Below, piece after piece: positions 7,787 to 15,776 of a stretch of 47,929 bases of DNA; position 1 is the first letter of the stretch, and the number at the start of each line of letters is the position of its first letter. The notes beneath the pieces were generated by a model. It did not search any database. It was not told the origin of the DNA and saw only the letters and a list, made by a program, of their open reading frames with translations. The stretch covers positions 14,120-62,048 of the forward strand of contig VBMB01000136.1 of the NCBI GenBank assembly GCA_005878525.1. Reading direction: 5' to 3'. This DNA comes from Methanobacteriota archaeon (GTDB lineage Archaea; Thermoplasmatota; Thermoplasmata; RBG-16-68-12). A program made the position numbers and the translations under genes.

Positions 7787-8617
7787 ATGGCGCACCCGGA
7801 GCCCGCGGGCCATGAAGAGGAGGAGCATCATGGCAGCCCGTGGCCCGTCATCATCGCCGTGGGGATGGGCGTCGCCTACGTCGGAATCGTGACCGCGAGC
7901 ATCCCGATGCTCCTGGCGGGATTCGTGATCTTCGCCGGCGGCGCGGGCGGCTGGATTCATCAGGACATGCAGCGGCCCTCGAGCGCGTTCTACGGGCTCG
8001 CGGCCGCCGTCGAATCGAAGTTGCCGAGGGTGAGCGCCCGGAAGCTCGGGCTCTGGCTGTTCCTAGCGACCGAGATCATGTTCTTCTCCGCGATCATCGG
8101 GGCCTCCTGGACCTTGCGACTCCGCACGACGACGCTCGGGGACGCGTTCCAGGGACCGTGGGCTCAGCCGGGAGAGATCCTCAATGTCCCCCTCACCGGC
8201 CTGAACACCTTCATCCTGATTTGCAGCAGCCTCACGATGGTCGAAGGGCTCGCCGCGGCCGAGCGGGGCGATCAGAGGAAGCTGCGCATCTTTCTCCTCG
8301 CCACGTTGCTCCTCGGCATGACGTTCCTCAGCATCCAGGCGTTCGAGTACCAGAAACTGTACTTCGGCGAGGGGCTCACGTTCAAGACCGCCCCCTTCGG
8401 GGTGAATCCGCTCTACGGCCCGACGTTCTACGCGCAGACCGGAGTCCACGGATCCCACGTGACCGCAGGGGTGCTCGCGATGGCGTACATCACCCGGAAA
8501 GCATTCAAAGGCGGATTCACGAAGGAGAATCACGAAGCGGTCGAGCTCGTCGGATTGTATTGGCACTTTGTCGATGTGGTCTGGATCTTCCTCTTCACGA
8601 TCGTGTATCTGATTTGA
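7787..8617 (+). CDS. heme-copper (cytochrome c/quinol) oxidase subunit III
   Basis: 'LWLFLATEIMFFSAII', 'GVHGSHVTAGVLAMAYI', 'GLYWHFVDVVWIFLFTIVYLI'. The ATG at 7787 is ~40 nt downstream of 'CGTTATAGG'. Confidence 0.9.
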   Translation: MAHPEPAGHEEEEHHGSPWPVIIAVGMGVAYVGIVTASIPMLLAGFVIFAGGAGGWIHQDMQRPSSAFYGLAAAVESKLPRVSARKLGLWLFLATEIMFFSAIIGASWTLRLRTTTLGDAFQGPWAQPGEILNVPLTGLNTFILICSSLTMVEGLAAAERGDQRKLRIFLLATLLLGMTFLSIQAFEYQKLYFGEGLTFKTAPFGVNPLYGPTFYAQTGVHGSHVTAGVLAMAYITRKAFKGGFTKENHEAVELVGLYWHFVDVVWIFLFTIVYLI

Positions 8618-8625
8618 GGTGACGA

Positions 8626-8934
8626 ATGGCGACGGCTACGGCAACGGAGACCGCAGGCCCCCATGAGGAGGCGAGGAAGCGCCCCTACGTGGTCGTCTTC
8701 GGCATCCTTGCGGTCGTGACTCTCGCCGAGCTGAACGTCTACGGTCTGGGGATTCCGCACCTCGAGACAATCACGATCCTGGTCGTCCTGGCGACCATCA
8801 AGGCAAGTCTCGTGGTGGCGTACTACATGCATCTGCGATACGAGCCGCGGTGGATCGCGCTGATTCCACTCGGAGGACTCGCCCTCGTCGCGGTTCTCGT
8901 CGCGGCGCTCACCGCGACGTCGGTCCACCCGTGA
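8626..8934 (+). CDS. prokaryotic cytochrome oxidase subunit IV-like (COX4_pro) small membrane protein
   Basis: Starts 9 nt after subunit III. 'YVVVFGILAVVTLAEL' and 'ATIKASLVVAYYMHL' follow the CoxD/CyoD-like pattern. Three TM helices. Confidence 0.7.
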   Translation: MATATATETAGPHEEARKRPYVVVFGILAVVTLAELNVYGLGIPHLETITILVVLATIKASLVVAYYMHLRYEPRWIALIPLGGLALVAVLVAALTATSVHP

Positions 8935-8980
8935 CGCGGCCGCGAATCCCTCGGCCTGCGAGCCCGGTCAAAGGGAACGA

Positions 8981-9053
8981 TGGGCTCGACCGGATTCGAA
9001 CCGGTGACCTTCGCTGTGTGAGAGCGATGTCATAACCGCTAGACCACGAGCCC
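8981..9053 (-). tRNA. tRNA-Val: tRNA-Val (anticodon CAC), no encoded CCA
   Basis: The reverse complement reads GGGCTCG..TCGCT-CTCACAC-AGCGA..GGTTCGAATCC..CGAGCCCA. It has a 7-bp acceptor stem, a T-loop 'GGTTCGAATCC' and the anticodon loop C-U-CAC-A-C. Confidence 0.9.
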
Positions 9054-9078
9054 GCGGGGGCGCGCAAGGGCCCGGACG

Positions 9079-9087
9079 GTATAAATC
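9079..9087 (-). promoter_or_regulatory. TATA box for tRNA-Val(CAC)
   Basis: 'ATTTATACC' on the minus strand lies ~30 nt upstream of the tRNA 5' end. Confidence 0.5.
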
Positions 9088-9171
9088 TCCATCGAAATGC
9101 GCGTTTGTCTACGCCCGCCCTCAGAGCTTTTATTACCGCTGACCGGTTTGGGCCGGCGGGAGGCGCTCTCG

Positions 9172-9480
9172 ATGGCAAAGGAAGAGAAGTCCGAGATGGC
9201 GACAATCGCGAAGAAGCAGCTAGAGGGCCGCGGCTACGTGCTTTCCCTCTCGACGACCCGGGACGGTGAGAACCTGATCGGCAAGGTCCGCGTGACCGAG
9301 GCGTCCACACAGCGGACCGTCGCGAGTTTCGTCAGCGTCTGGAAAATTGACAACATGGAACTCGTGTTCGGCATCGATGCGGGCGAGGGCATCGCACGCG
9401 ACCTGGTGAACCAAGCGATGAACCTCTTCGACCTGTTCAAGTACGTGCTGCCCGGCGCACAAGTGAAGGAAGAGGCGTGA
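9172..9480 (+). CDS. hypothetical 102-aa protein
   Basis: The ATG is preceded by 'GGAGGCG', and the TATA-like 'GCTTTTATTACC' is ~40 nt upstream. Codon bias looks coding. No family recognised. Confidence 0.5.
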   Translation: MAKEEKSEMATIAKKQLEGRGYVLSLSTTRDGENLIGKVRVTEASTQRTVASFVSVWKIDNMELVFGIDAGEGIARDLVNQAMNLFDLFKYVLPGAQVKEEA

Positions 9481-9529
9481 GTACACAGCACGGTTAAATA
9501 GTCTGGACCACCTGGGATGGGCGCTCCCA

Positions 9530-9757
9530 ATGGACTCCTCGAACGTGCTCCTGGCTCTGGATGAACAGAAGAAGTGGCGGGAGCGCCGAAAGCGGATCCG
9601 CGATCGGCTGCGGGCGCTCGAACGGCGGAGGACCACCTTGCGGCAGGAGCTAGAAGGGGTCCGGAAGAAGATCCTCGAGTACAACCGGGTCCTCACCGAC
9701 CTGCGCGACGGTATGCCCACGCGGGCCGTTCTTCCGCCCAGCGCCCAGGGGCGATGA
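9530..9757 (+). CDS. hypothetical 75-aa Arg/Glu-rich coiled-coil protein
   Basis: High GC3. Heptad-like 'KKWRERRKRIRDRLRALERRRTTLRQELEGVRKKILEYNRVLTDL'. The stop overlaps the next ATG (ATGA at 9754-9757). Confidence 0.5.
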   Translation: MDSSNVLLALDEQKKWRERRKRIRDRLRALERRRTTLRQELEGVRKKILEYNRVLTDLRDGMPTRAVLPPSAQGR

Positions 9758-9990
9758 CGATGGGACGCGAAATAGAGGCGACGCGCAAGGAGATCGAACG
9801 TTGGAGGCACCGGGAGAGACGCCTCCTCGACGCCCTCAGGGACGTCGACGAAGAACGAAGCCGCCTGGACGATGAGCTCGTCAAGGTCGAACAGCAACTC
9901 GCGTATTACGACTCCCTCGCGCGGGACATGAAGCGAGTGCTCGGCCGGCCGGGGCTCTCGAGCCTGCTCTCCTCGCTGCGGCGTCCGTAG
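9754..9990 (+). CDS. hypothetical 78-aa coiled-coil protein, apparently a paralog of the preceding ORF
   Basis: 'EATRKEIERWRHRERRLLDALRDVDEERSRLDDELVKVEQQLAYYDSLARDM' has the same layout as the upstream ORF. The two are translationally coupled. TAG stop. Confidence 0.5.
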   Translation: MTMGREIEATRKEIERWRHRERRLLDALRDVDEERSRLDDELVKVEQQLAYYDSLARDMKRVLGRPGLSSLLSSLRRP

Positions 9991-10000
9991 GAGCAATTCC

Positions 10001-11038
10001 GTGCGCGTCACGATCGACGGCGTCCCGCGGGAGATGCGAACCGTCTGGTTCGACGACGGAATCGTGAAATTGATCGACCAACGCTACTTGCCGTTCGAGG
10101 TCCGCGTCTACGAGGCGAAGACCTACGAAGATGTCGCCGTCGCGATCGAGGACATGGTCGTGCGGGGGTCGCCGGCGATCGGGGCGACGGCCGCATACGG
10201 GATGGCGCAGGCCGCCCATCAAGGACTCGACCTCAAGGCCGCCGCGGACCGGCTGCGAAAGACCCGACCGACGGGCCACGACCTCTTCTTCGCGATCGAC
10301 TCGATGATGAAGGCTGCGTCCGGCGGGGACGACCTCGTCGAGGTCGCCGAGCGGTACGCGCAGGACAACATCGAGCAGTGCCGAAGGATCGGGGAACACG
10401 GGGCGAAACTGATTCGAAACGGCACGCGAATCCTCACGCACTGCAACGCCGGCGCCCTGGCGGCGGTGGACTATGGGACCGCGACGGCGCCGATGCGCGT
10501 GGCTCATGAGAACGGGCGACGCTTCTTCGTCTATGTGGACGAGACCCGACCCCGCCTGCAAGGAGCCCGCCTCACGGCGTGGGAGCTCTTGGAAGCCGGG
10601 ATCGAGCACGCAATCATCACGGACGGCGCCGCGGGCCACTTCCTCGGGCACGGGGAAATCGACCTCGTCCTCGTCGGCGCGGATCGGATTGCGGTCAACG
10701 GCGACACGGCGAACAAAATCGGCACCTACGCGAAAGCGGTCGTCGCGAAGGAAAACGGCGTCCCGTTCTACGTCGCGGCGCCGACGAGCACGATCGACGT
10801 CGATCTGGCGTCGGGTGCGAAGATCCCCATCGAGGAGCGATCTCCACAAGAGGTGCTCCATCTCGACGGGCAAGTCATTGCCCCGAAGGAAAGTCCGGCC
10901 CGCAATCCCGCCTTCGACGTCACGCCGGCCAAGTACATCACGGGAATCATCACCGAGCGGGGGATCCTGAAGCCTTCTCAACTCCGGTCTTCCGGGAAGG
11001 CCGCGCCGAAGAAGAAAGCGCGCACCAAGTCTCGGTAG
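10001..11038 (+). CDS. mtnA: S-methyl-5-thioribose-1-phosphate isomerase family (MtnA / aIF-2B-I like)
   Basis: 'VRGSPAIGATAAYG', 'THCNAGALA', 'VYVDETRPRLQGARLTAWEL', 'GADRIAVNGDTANKIGTY', 'NPAFDVTPAKYITGIITERG'. GTG start after 'GGAG'. Lys-rich C-terminal tail. Confidence 0.85.
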   Translation: MRVTIDGVPREMRTVWFDDGIVKLIDQRYLPFEVRVYEAKTYEDVAVAIEDMVVRGSPAIGATAAYGMAQAAHQGLDLKAAADRLRKTRPTGHDLFFAIDSMMKAASGGDDLVEVAERYAQDNIEQCRRIGEHGAKLIRNGTRILTHCNAGALAAVDYGTATAPMRVAHENGRRFFVYVDETRPRLQGARLTAWELLEAGIEHAIITDGAAGHFLGHGEIDLVLVGADRIAVNGDTANKIGTYAKAVVAKENGVPFYVAAPTSTIDVDLASGAKIPIEERSPQEVLHLDGQVIAPKESPARNPAFDVTPAKYITGIITERGILKPSQLRSSGKAAPKKKARTKSR

Positions 11039-11079
11039 GCGGATACGCTTTTACGGACCGAGCCCGTTCGCCTCGCGCC

Positions 11080-12150
11080 ATGCTCCTCTTGACGACGTGG
11101 TTCGGCTCGTTCTTACTCGATGAGGGGACGGTCGTCGACAAGAGGCTCTTCCCGATGGACCCCAATGCCCTCGCGGACCGCCTCGCTCAGGTCGAAGACT
11201 GGAGAGTCCTGGACGAGGAGCGCGACCTCATGACCCGCGCGGACGAGGTCTTCGTCACCGAGCCGCGATTGGAGCGGGCCGGCGGCAATCGCACGACGGT
11301 GCGCCCTCCGTTCCTGAAGCCGGAGGACTTCGGCTATGGCCGTGAGCTCCTGCACGGGGCGATGGTCCAGCTCGCGAAGCGGCGAATGCGCAAGGCGATC
11401 GGACCCGAGGATCATCTCCGGCAGGCGGTCGGCGCCCTCGACGAACTTCAGGAAGAAGAGAACGTTCTCGTCGAACGACTGAGGGAATGGTACGGGCTTC
11501 ACTTCCCGGAGCTGGCACCGATGGTGGATACCGCGACGTACGTCGAGCTCGTATCGATGCACGGGCGACGGGAACGGATGCCCATCGACCATCGGGAGAG
11601 CGTCGGAGCGGATCTGGCGGAGCGGGAGGAAGCCGAATTGAAGGCGCTCGCCGGCCTTGCGAAACTCGTTGCGGACCAACGGAGAGCGGTCGAGGGCTAC
11701 GTGGAGCGATCGATCCGCGAACTGGCGCCGAACGTCTCCGAACTCGCGGGCCCGATCATCGCCGCGCGGCTCGTCACCCTGGCGGGCGGCGTCGACGATC
11801 TCGCGCGCGCGCCCGCCGGGACCGTGCAACTCCTAGGTGCGGAGCGAGCACTCTTCCGCCATCTCCGGACCGGATCGCGGCCGCCGAAGCATGGCGTGCT
11901 CTTCCAGCATCCATGGGTCCACGGAGCGCCCCCGTGGCAGCGGGGCGCAATCGCGCGCGCTTTCGCCGCGAAGATTTCTGTGGCGGCCCGAGCGGACGCG
12001 TACACGAAACGCAAGATTGCCCCGGACCTCTTGAAAAAGCTCGAGGTCGCCATCGAGGAAATCCGTCGGCGCAGAGCCAACAAACCGGCGCGACCGAAGC
12101 GTCCAGCCGCGCCGAAAAACCGCGCGCACGGGAGACGGACGCGCCGCTGA
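11080..12150 (+). CDS. nop5: C/D box sRNP core protein Nop5 (Nop56/58)
   Basis: Nop-domain block 'GAERALFRHLRTGSRPPKHGVLFQHPWV...RGAIARAFAAKISVAARADAY' and a basic C-terminal tail. The ORF-track N-terminal extension (10579-) overlaps mtnA and is Arg-rich junk. Confidence 0.85.
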   Translation: MLLLTTWFGSFLLDEGTVVDKRLFPMDPNALADRLAQVEDWRVLDEERDLMTRADEVFVTEPRLERAGGNRTTVRPPFLKPEDFGYGRELLHGAMVQLAKRRMRKAIGPEDHLRQAVGALDELQEEENVLVERLREWYGLHFPELAPMVDTATYVELVSMHGRRERMPIDHRESVGADLAEREEAELKALAGLAKLVADQRRAVEGYVERSIRELAPNVSELAGPIIAARLVTLAGGVDDLARAPAGTVQLLGAERALFRHLRTGSRPPKHGVLFQHPWVHGAPPWQRGAIARAFAAKISVAARADAYTKRKIAPDLLKKLEVAIEEIRRRRANKPARPKRPAAPKNRAHGRRTRR

Positions 12151-12192
12151 GGAAACGTTTTTAGGGTCGCCTCACATCGCCGCGCGAACGCG

Positions 12193-12579
12193 ATGTCCTG
12201 GGAGCAAGCGGAGATTCGAGAGCTGAAGGTGAACCGGTACATCGTCATCGACGATGAGCCGTGTCGCATCATCTCGATCCAGACCTCGAAGCCAGGGAAA
12301 CACGGCGAAGCGAAGGCGAGGCTCGAGGCGGTCGGTCTGTTCGACGGGCAGAAGCGGTCGATCGTGCATCCGGTGACCCACAAGGTCCGAGTCCCGATCA
12401 TCGACAAACGGAAGGCCCAGGTCCTCTCGACCCACGGCAACCTCGCCCAGCTGATGGACCTCGCGACGTACGAGACGTTCGAACTCCCCGTGCCCGAGGA
12501 GTTCCAGGGCAAACTCGCTTCCGGTCAGGAGATCATGTACGTCGAAGCGCTCGGCCGGCGCAAGCTCTCGTCGAATTGA
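12193..12579 (+). CDS. eif5a: translation initiation/elongation factor 5A
   Basis: Hypusination loop '[22 protein letters not shown]' and the typical ~128-aa length. Confidence 0.95.
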   Translation: MSWEQAEIRELKVNRYIVIDDEPCRIISIQTSKPGKHGEAKARLEAVGLFDGQKRSIVHPVTHKVRVPIIDKRKAQVLSTHGNLAQLMDLATYETFELPVPEEFQGKLASGQEIMYVEALGRRKLSSN

Positions 12580-12622
12580 GCGGGGTCGTCCTCAAATAAG
12601 CGCACGCGATTTCCGTTCGCCC

Positions 12623-13489
12623 ATGGCTGCGCCTCGCTTCGCGGACGCCGTCGCGAAGTATGACGAGGCGTGGATGGCCCTGTTTGGAGTGCCGTACGAC
12701 CGCACCTGCTCCTTCCGGGGCGGCTCCCGCTTCGGACCTCGTGCGATCCGCGAGGCGTCGTACAACTTCGAGACCTACATGATGGACCACCAGCGCGACC
12801 TTCGAGACGTCGCGGTGGCGGATCTGGGTGATACGCCGACCTTCGGGGCGTCGACGGAGATGGTCGAGGGCGTGACGCACATGGCGGCGGATGTCGTCCG
12901 CGCCGGGAAGATTCCGATCGTCATCGGCGGTGAACACAGCCTCGCACCGGCGGTCGTGCGTGCATTCCCGAAGGACATCGGCGTGATCGGAATCGACGCC
13001 CACCTCGACTTCCGCGACTCGTACCTCTCCGACAAGTGGTCCCACGCCTGCTCGGCGCGCCGGATCGCGGACCACGTCGGCGTCGAACACGTCGTCTACA
13101 TCGGCGTTCGGTCGTACAGTCGGGAGGAACGGGAGGACCTCGAACGACTCGGTTTGACGTACGTGAGCGTCTTCGACATCCATGAGCGAGGGATTGGTGC
13201 CGCGGTGGACCGGGCGCTGAAGGCGATCCACCGCGACAAGATCTACCTCACGATCGACATCGACGGCGTCGATCCGGCGTTCGCTCCGGCCGTCGGCAAT
13301 CCGGAGCCGTTCGGGCTCGCACCCCTGCAAGTCAAGAAAGTCATCGGGATGCTCGCGCCGGACCTGGTCGGGATGGATCTGAACGAGGTGAGTCCCGCAT
13401 GGGATTTCGGGCAAACGTCGTTGCTCGCCGCGCGCCTCATCCGGGAGGCGATCGTGGCCATCGCCGACGCGCGTGGGCACCTCGGATGA
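12623..13489 (+). CDS. speB: agmatinase (ureohydrolase family)
   Basis: Mn-binding blocks 'GGEHS', 'GIDAHLDFRD' and 'LTIDIDGVDPAFAPAVGNPEPFG'. It sits next to aIF5A, as in many archaea. Confidence 0.9.
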   Translation: MAAPRFADAVAKYDEAWMALFGVPYDRTCSFRGGSRFGPRAIREASYNFETYMMDHQRDLRDVAVADLGDTPTFGASTEMVEGVTHMAADVVRAGKIPIVIGGEHSLAPAVVRAFPKDIGVIGIDAHLDFRDSYLSDKWSHACSARRIADHVGVEHVVYIGVRSYSREEREDLERLGLTYVSVFDIHERGIGAAVDRALKAIHRDKIYLTIDIDGVDPAFAPAVGNPEPFGLAPLQVKKVIGMLAPDLVGMDLNEVSPAWDFGQTSLLAARLIREAIVAIADARGHLG

Positions 13490-13544
13490 AGCGCCGGCTG
13501 ACCTCCCCTGACGAGGGACGTCGGAGACCTGAGAACCTCGCAGG

Positions 13545-13740
13545 AAAAGGGCGCGACGAGCTCTGGTCGCCCGCGGGACCGCGGCCTCCCCCGATTCCCT
13601 CCCCCCCAGTCCTCGGGGAACCCGGGCCCCACGAATCCCGGCCGCGCATGCCCACCCGAAGGCGACGCAGGAAGAGCGGAACCGGAGCTCGTCCCAACCC
13701 GTGGCACGGGATAACACGCCCGGGCATGAAGTTTACGACC
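13545..13740 (-). ncRNA. candidate structured small RNA (family unknown)
   Basis: Lies in a 311-nt non-coding gap. GACGAGCTC (13555-13563) is perfectly complementary to GAGCTCGTC (13685-13693), and GGGCG (13549-13553) to CGCCC (13717-13721). On the minus strand there is a C(UUCG)G hairpin, a 'CCCGUGCCACGGG' hairpin and an oligo-U run right after the closing stem. The strand and ends are tentative. Confidence 0.3.
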
Positions 13741-13800
13741 GACCGACGGCGTGCGCGAACGTTTATGTGCACTCGGCACGTAGGCGCCTTTCTCGATGCC

Positions 13801-15261
13801 ATGGGCGACGGATGGAACGGCCCTCTGAACAAAGTCGACGCGTTCCGCTACGAAATCCCGCGGTCGTATAAGCCCGCCATGCGCACGAACGGCTTGGTGT
13901 TCATCGACGAATCGATGGTGCCGCAGCTCCGGCAAGACCAGGCGCCGGAGCAGGTGGCAAACGTCGCGACGATGCCCGGGATCCTCGGGGCCGCGATGGC
14001 CATGCCCGATATCCACTGGGGCTACGGATTTCCTATCGGTGGCGTCGCGGCCTTCGACTACGACGACGGTGTGATTTCGCCGGGCGGAATCGGTTACGAC
14101 ATCAACTGCGGCGTACGGCTCATCCGGACGAACCTCCTCGCAGCCGACGTCCGTTCGAACCTCCGAGCGTTGACGGACGCGTGCTTCGAGAACGTCCCGA
14201 GCGGCGTGGGCGAGGGAGGGATCACGAAAGTGTCGCGGCAGGACCTCGCGAAGCTCGCGACCGAGGGCGTCGGCTGGTCGGTCGAGAAGGGATACGCGTG
14301 GTCCGACGACCCCGACCACATCGAGGCGCGCGGCCGCCTCGAGGACGCGGACTTTTCGAAAGTCGGCGAGCGGGCCATGGCGCGCGGAAAGGACCAGGTC
14401 GGAAGCCTCGGCGCCGGAAACCACTTCGTGGAGATCCAGAAGGTCGACCGGGTGGACGACGAACGGGCCGCGAAAGCTCTCGGGATCGGGGAGCCGGGCC
14501 AGGTATGCGTGATGGTCCACACCGGATCTCGCGGGTTCGGCCACCAGATCGCCACGGACTACATCGAGGTGTGCGAGCGGGTCGTGAAGCGGGAGAAGAT
14601 CGACTTGCCGGACCTCCAGCTCGCCTGCGCGCCGATCGGCTCGAAGGAGGGGCTCGACTATTGGCGGGCCATGTGCTGCGGCGCAAACTTCGCCTGGAAC
14701 AACCGCCAGGTGATCACGTACGGGGTACGGAACGCATTCTCGAAGGTCCTCGGCCAATCGCCAGAAGCGCTCGGCATGGACATCGTCTACGATGTGTGCC
14801 ACAACATCGGGAAAGTGGAGCAGCACGTCATCGAGGGCGCCCGACACAAGGTCGTCGTCCATCGGAAAGGGGCGACGCGCGCCTTCCCCGCGGGACACCC
14901 GGAGACTCCGGCCGAGTACAAGGCGGTCGGCCAGCCCGTCCTGATCCCCGGGGATATGGGCACGTGCTCGTTCGTCCTCGTTGGCTTGCCGACCGCGATG
15001 GAGCAATCCTTCGGCTCGAGCTGCCATGGCGCTGGGCGCCAGATGTCGCGAAAGGCCGCGACTCGGAAGTACGATGCGAACGAGGTCGTGAAATCGCTCG
15101 ATAGGCGCGGGATCTATCTCCGGGCGGCCTCGCGGGCCGGAATCGTCGAGGAGGCCCCCGGAGCCTACAAGAACGTCGAGGACGTCGTCCGGGTGGCCGA
15201 GGGAGCAGGACTGACGAAAATCGTCGCCCGGTTGGTCCCGCTCGGAGTCGTCAAAGGATGA
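13801..15261 (+). CDS. rtcB: RNA 3'-phosphate ligase RtcB (tRNA-splicing ligase)
   Basis: 'MPDIHWGYGFPIGGVAAFD', 'GGIGYDINCGVR', 'GAGNHFVEIQ', 'HTGSRGFGHQIA', 'SSCHGAGR'. At 486 aa there is no intein. The TATA-like 'GTTTATGT' is ~37 nt upstream of ATG 13801. Confidence 0.95.
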   Translation: MGDGWNGPLNKVDAFRYEIPRSYKPAMRTNGLVFIDESMVPQLRQDQAPEQVANVATMPGILGAAMAMPDIHWGYGFPIGGVAAFDYDDGVISPGGIGYDINCGVRLIRTNLLAADVRSNLRALTDACFENVPSGVGEGGITKVSRQDLAKLATEGVGWSVEKGYAWSDDPDHIEARGRLEDADFSKVGERAMARGKDQVGSLGAGNHFVEIQKVDRVDDERAAKALGIGEPGQVCVMVHTGSRGFGHQIATDYIEVCERVVKREKIDLPDLQLACAPIGSKEGLDYWRAMCCGANFAWNNRQVITYGVRNAFSKVLGQSPEALGMDIVYDVCHNIGKVEQHVIEGARHKVVVHRKGATRAFPAGHPETPAEYKAVGQPVLIPGDMGTCSFVLVGLPTAMEQSFGSSCHGAGRQMSRKAATRKYDANEVVKSLDRRGIYLRAASRAGIVEEAPGAYKNVEDVVRVAEGAGLTKIVARLVPLGVVKG

Positions 15262-15776
15262 TCCTTACCCTCCAACCCGTCGGCCGCACCGATGCATCTG
15301 TCCTTGAACGAATCGGATCCGAGCTCGCGCCGTTTGGGGAGGTGCGCATCGCGAGTCCGAAGCCCTTGCCGAGCCGACCCCTCGGTCACGGTTCGAAACG
15401 GTACCGAGCGGCAACGTTCGGTCGGGTCTGCAAATCCTCGGATGGCGATCGCGTCATCGCGATCACGGACGTCGAGCTCTGCGACCCGGAGCTCGGGCTG
15501 AGGTTGGTCTTCGGTCATGCGGACATCCAAGGTCGATGGGCGGTCGTCTCCCTGTCGCAGTTTGGGGGAGAGGGCGAGGAGAAACTCGTCGAACGGGCTG
15601 TGAAGACCGCGGTCCACGAACTCGGACATACCCTGGGCCTCGGCCATCACGATGCGAATCCCCAATGCGTGATGTTCTTCTCCGAGAAACTCGCGGATAC
15701 GGATCGGAAGGGTCGGGACTTCTGCCAACCATGCGCGGAATCGGCGAATCTTACCTTGTCGCGCCTACGAACGTGA
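15258..15776 (+). CDS. amzA: archaemetzincin (zinc metallopeptidase)
   Basis: 'HELGHTLGLGHH' (HExxHxxGxxH), then 'C..MFF' and 'FCQPC' cysteines. The ATG overlaps the rtcB stop (ATGA, 15258-15261). Confidence 0.85.
   Translation: MILTLQPVGRTDASVLERIGSELAPFGEVRIASPKPLPSRPLGHGSKRYRAATFGRVCKSSDGDRVIAITDVELCDPELGLRLVFGHADIQGRWAVVSLSQFGGEGEEKLVERAVKTAVHELGHTLGLGHHDANPQCVMFFSEKLADTDRKGRDFCQPCAESANLTLSRLRT

Noticed and set aside
13399-13800. Long N-terminal extensions suggested by the ORF track for rtcB (from 13399), nop5 (from 10579), the S8 protease (from 33864) and AMMECR1 (from 23341).
   Set aside because: The extensions are Arg/Pro-rich or overlap the preceding conserved gene. Internal ATG/GTG codons sit at the family-typical N-termini, with TATA-like boxes 25-40 nt upstream.
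13243-15027. A 594-aa ORF antisense to rtcB. It stands for many similar long ORFs, including 227-997(-), 9881-10981(-), 19145-20884(-), 23353-24360(-), 34803-36569(-), 40015-42138(-) and 43503-44921(-).
   Set aside because: These ORFs are Arg/Pro/Gly-rich with no recognisable motifs. Each is fully shadowed by a strongly conserved gene on the other strand or in another frame. Long open shadow frames are expected in high-GC DNA.
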